Part shown: piece by piece, positions 62,255-64,000 of the stretch
How positions within the stretch are numbered: the stretch's first letter is position 1
Layout: every line of letters begins with the position of its first letter
NCBI GenBank assembly: GCA_963701185.1
Contig: OY969569.1
Span: 667,548 to 731,547, forward strand
DNA from: Candidatus Gottesmanbacteria bacterium
Lineage (GTDB): Bacteria > Patescibacteriota > Microgenomatia > UBA10105 > UBA927
DNA: 64,000 nt
Direction of reading: 5' to 3'
Program-made: the position numbers and the translations under genes
Notes under the pieces: model-generated
What the model was told of the DNA's origin: nothing
The model's database searches: none
Seen by the model: the letters and a program-made list of their open reading frames with translations, nothing else

Positions 62255-63298
62255 TTGGGTAATGCATTATGGAACGTAAGATATAACTGTATGCCAGACA
62301 AAACCTCCGCAGCAACGCATCCGCAGGATTCCCCACAAGGGAAACATACACGTGATTCTGTCATTGTCGCGGCACCACCGGAACCCTGGTACCGACGGGC
62401 TATGAGAACGGTGAAAAATCCCAAAGTCGCCCCGTACTTGGGGATCGGTTTATTTTTGGTCATCGGTCTCGTATTCACTATGGCAACCCTGTATCCACAA
62501 CAGGTCACCACTCGAGCAACAACTCATCAGGCGACGGTCACGGTACTGCCGGCAATGCTTTCCCTGCCGCCAAATGGAACCATGCAGTTATGGGCGACGA
62601 CAGACAGTCCTACGGCATTTGTCAACGTTCAACTAACCTTTAATCCTGCGGTCGTGAAGTTAACGGCGGAGATAACCCTGACGACGTCAGCCTGGGGAAG
62701 AGTCATCAAACAAACCACCATGGCTGATGCCAACGCCTCAGGCAAAATAGATCTGGTCATAGGACTGGATCCGACGCACGTCCAAACTCCCCCCAACGGG
62801 ACATTCCAGCTTGCAACCCTGCAGTTCGGAGCAAATACAACAAATCCTAATGTAACCACCACCGTCGTCGCGTCTGCCTCGTCCCAACTGGCGGCAGTAG
62901 ATGCGACAGTTTTTACCCTTACCTCTGTCGGCAGTACCATTACCGTGAATCCTCTCACCACCCCGACCTTAGGGGTCACTCCAACCGTGACACCGACACC
63001 TCCGCCCAACGACACTACCCCGCCGGTGGTGACCATCACAACACCTACAGACGGATCCGTCGTCCCGGATAAAGGCAGTATGTCCATTAAGATCACGGCA
63101 TCCGACAGCAGCGGTATTGCCACCATTACAATCGCCCTGGACGGCACCGTCACCAAAACCTGTACCGGAGCAACCACTTGTCAGGTCAATACCGCAGTCA
63201 ATAAACTTGCGGTCGGGAGCCATACGATCACAGCTTCCGCCACGGACAACAGTACGAACAAAAACACCGCCTCAACAACCATCAGTGTGACGAAATAA
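62255..63298 (+). CDS. membrane-anchored cohesin-like plus Ig-like (Big) domain surface protein
   Basis: TM VAPYLGIGLFLVIGLVFTMATL. Segment LWATTDSPTAFVNVQLTFNPAVVKLTAE is cohesin-like. PT linker, then Ig-like beta domain (SMSIKITASDSSGIATITIALDG...HTITASATD). Confidence 0.5.
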   Translation: MGNALWNVRYNCMPDKTSAATHPQDSPQGKHTRDSVIVAAPPEPWYRRAMRTVKNPKVAPYLGIGLFLVIGLVFTMATLYPQQVTTRATTHQATVTVLPAMLSLPPNGTMQLWATTDSPTAFVNVQLTFNPAVVKLTAEITLTTSAWGRVIKQTTMADANASGKIDLVIGLDPTHVQTPPNGTFQLATLQFGANTTNPNVTTTVVASASSQLAAVDATVFTLTSVGSTITVNPLTTPTLGVTPTVTPTPPPNDTTPPVVTITTPTDGSVVPDKGSMSIKITASDSSGIATITIALDGTVTKTCTGATTCQVNTAVNKLAVGSHTITASATDNSTNKNTASTTISVTK

Positions 63299-63315
63299 CT
63301 GCGGGTAGCAAATTG

Positions 63316-63960
63316 TTACCGGTAGCCGATCGGCTTTTCGGTGAGCGTCATGGAGAGGCTGATTTTCCGCTGATCAGGCTTGATGTCTTCAATGATGCAC
63401 TGAATCTCATCCCCGGTTTTTGGCTCTTCGCCGGGCGAAATCTTGCTGATGTGGATGAGTCCTTCAATACCGGGCGAGAGAATGACAAAAATACCGTATG
63501 GGGAGACGCGGGAAACTGTTCCTTTGACCGTCGTATCCTTCTCAAACATATCCAAAACGTGTTCCCATGGATCAGGCAGAAGCTGTTTAAGAGATAATGT
63601 CAGCTTCCCAGAGGCCGCATCAATGCCGATGACTTTTACCTTGATGCTGTCCCCTGTTTTGAGGTACTGGTTCGGATCTTCGACCTTTTCCCAGGCAATT
63701 TCGGAGATATGAATAAGACCTTCAATTTCGTGCTCTGTCCCATCCTTGACGACTTTTAATTTGGCAAACGCACCAAACGGTACCACGCCGGTAATAGTCG
63801 CGGATACTGTTTCTCCGACCGTCAGGGCCGAGAGTACTTCTTTTTGCTTGGCAAGCGTCGCCCCTTCAGTCACTGCACGTTGGGAAAATACTAAGCGGTT
63901 CGTGTCCCGATCAACCTCAACGACTTTCGCCTGAATTCTGCGGTTTATCGCTTTATCCAA
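63316..63960 (-). CDS. S1 RNA-binding domain protein (ribosomal protein S1-like; N-terminus may lie beyond the window)
   Basis: At least two S1 repeats (GATLAKQKEVLSALTVGETVSATITGVVPFGAFAKL..., GTVSRVSPYGIFVILSPGIEGLIHISKIS). The reading frame is open to the window edge. Confidence 0.6.
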   Translation of the reverse strand: MDKAINRRIQAKVVEVDRDTNRLVFSQRAVTEGATLAKQKEVLSALTVGETVSATITGVVPFGAFAKLKVVKDGTEHEIEGLIHISEIAWEKVEDPNQYLKTGDSIKVKVIGIDAASGKLTLSLKQLLPDPWEHVLDMFEKDTTVKGTVSRVSPYGIFVILSPGIEGLIHISKISPGEEPKTGDEIQCIIEDIKPDQRKISLSMTLTEKPIGYR

Positions 63961-64000
63961 TTGCTTGAACGTCGCCCCATCCAGCTGCGACTGCGGAATA

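Overview
The window is a compact bacterial genome fragment with gene content typical of a Candidate Phyla Radiation / Patescibacteria (Microgenomates-like) organism. That lineage call is an inference from gene content. TGA is used as a stop codon, for example at the end of argG. Recognisable housekeeping genes are argS (partial), argG, argH, leuS, rho, radA, a yacL-like PIN-TRAM gene, an S1-domain protein, two tandem tRNA-Ala genes and comEA plus a two-piece comEC. Most of the window is a cell-envelope and surface-structure island. Its centrepiece is one ~12.1 kb gene (9934..22047) encoding a ~4,040 aa protein with two N-terminal excisionase/MerR-type HTH motifs, one transmembrane helix, ~2,700 residues of near-perfect Gly-X-Y collagen-like repeats and a ~1,070 aa globular C-terminus. 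It sits behind an unusually long (~1 kb) AT-rich regulatory region. Directly downstream are a phage-tail-fibre-like protein ending in an S74 intramolecular-chaperone self-cleaving domain, a small Cys-rich secreted peptide, three type IV pilin genes with Cys-rich C-termini and a Wzy_C (O-antigen-ligase/PglL-like) membrane protein with TPR repeats. Further on is a glycan-modification cluster: GT2 enzymes, zinc-ribbon methyltransferases, an FdtA-like isomerase, a frameshifted DegT aminotransferase and a GNAT. A paralogous family of at least six large GT-C-like membrane proteins shares a conserved C-terminal motif, and several members are frameshifted. The window also holds a RelE/RHH toxin-antitoxin pair, a dockerin protein flanked by two cohesin-like proteins, and a small family of CCCG-loop-CGGG hairpin repeats. 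One hairpin copy interrupts a methyltransferase gene. No CRISPR array, rRNA, integrase or transposase was seen.
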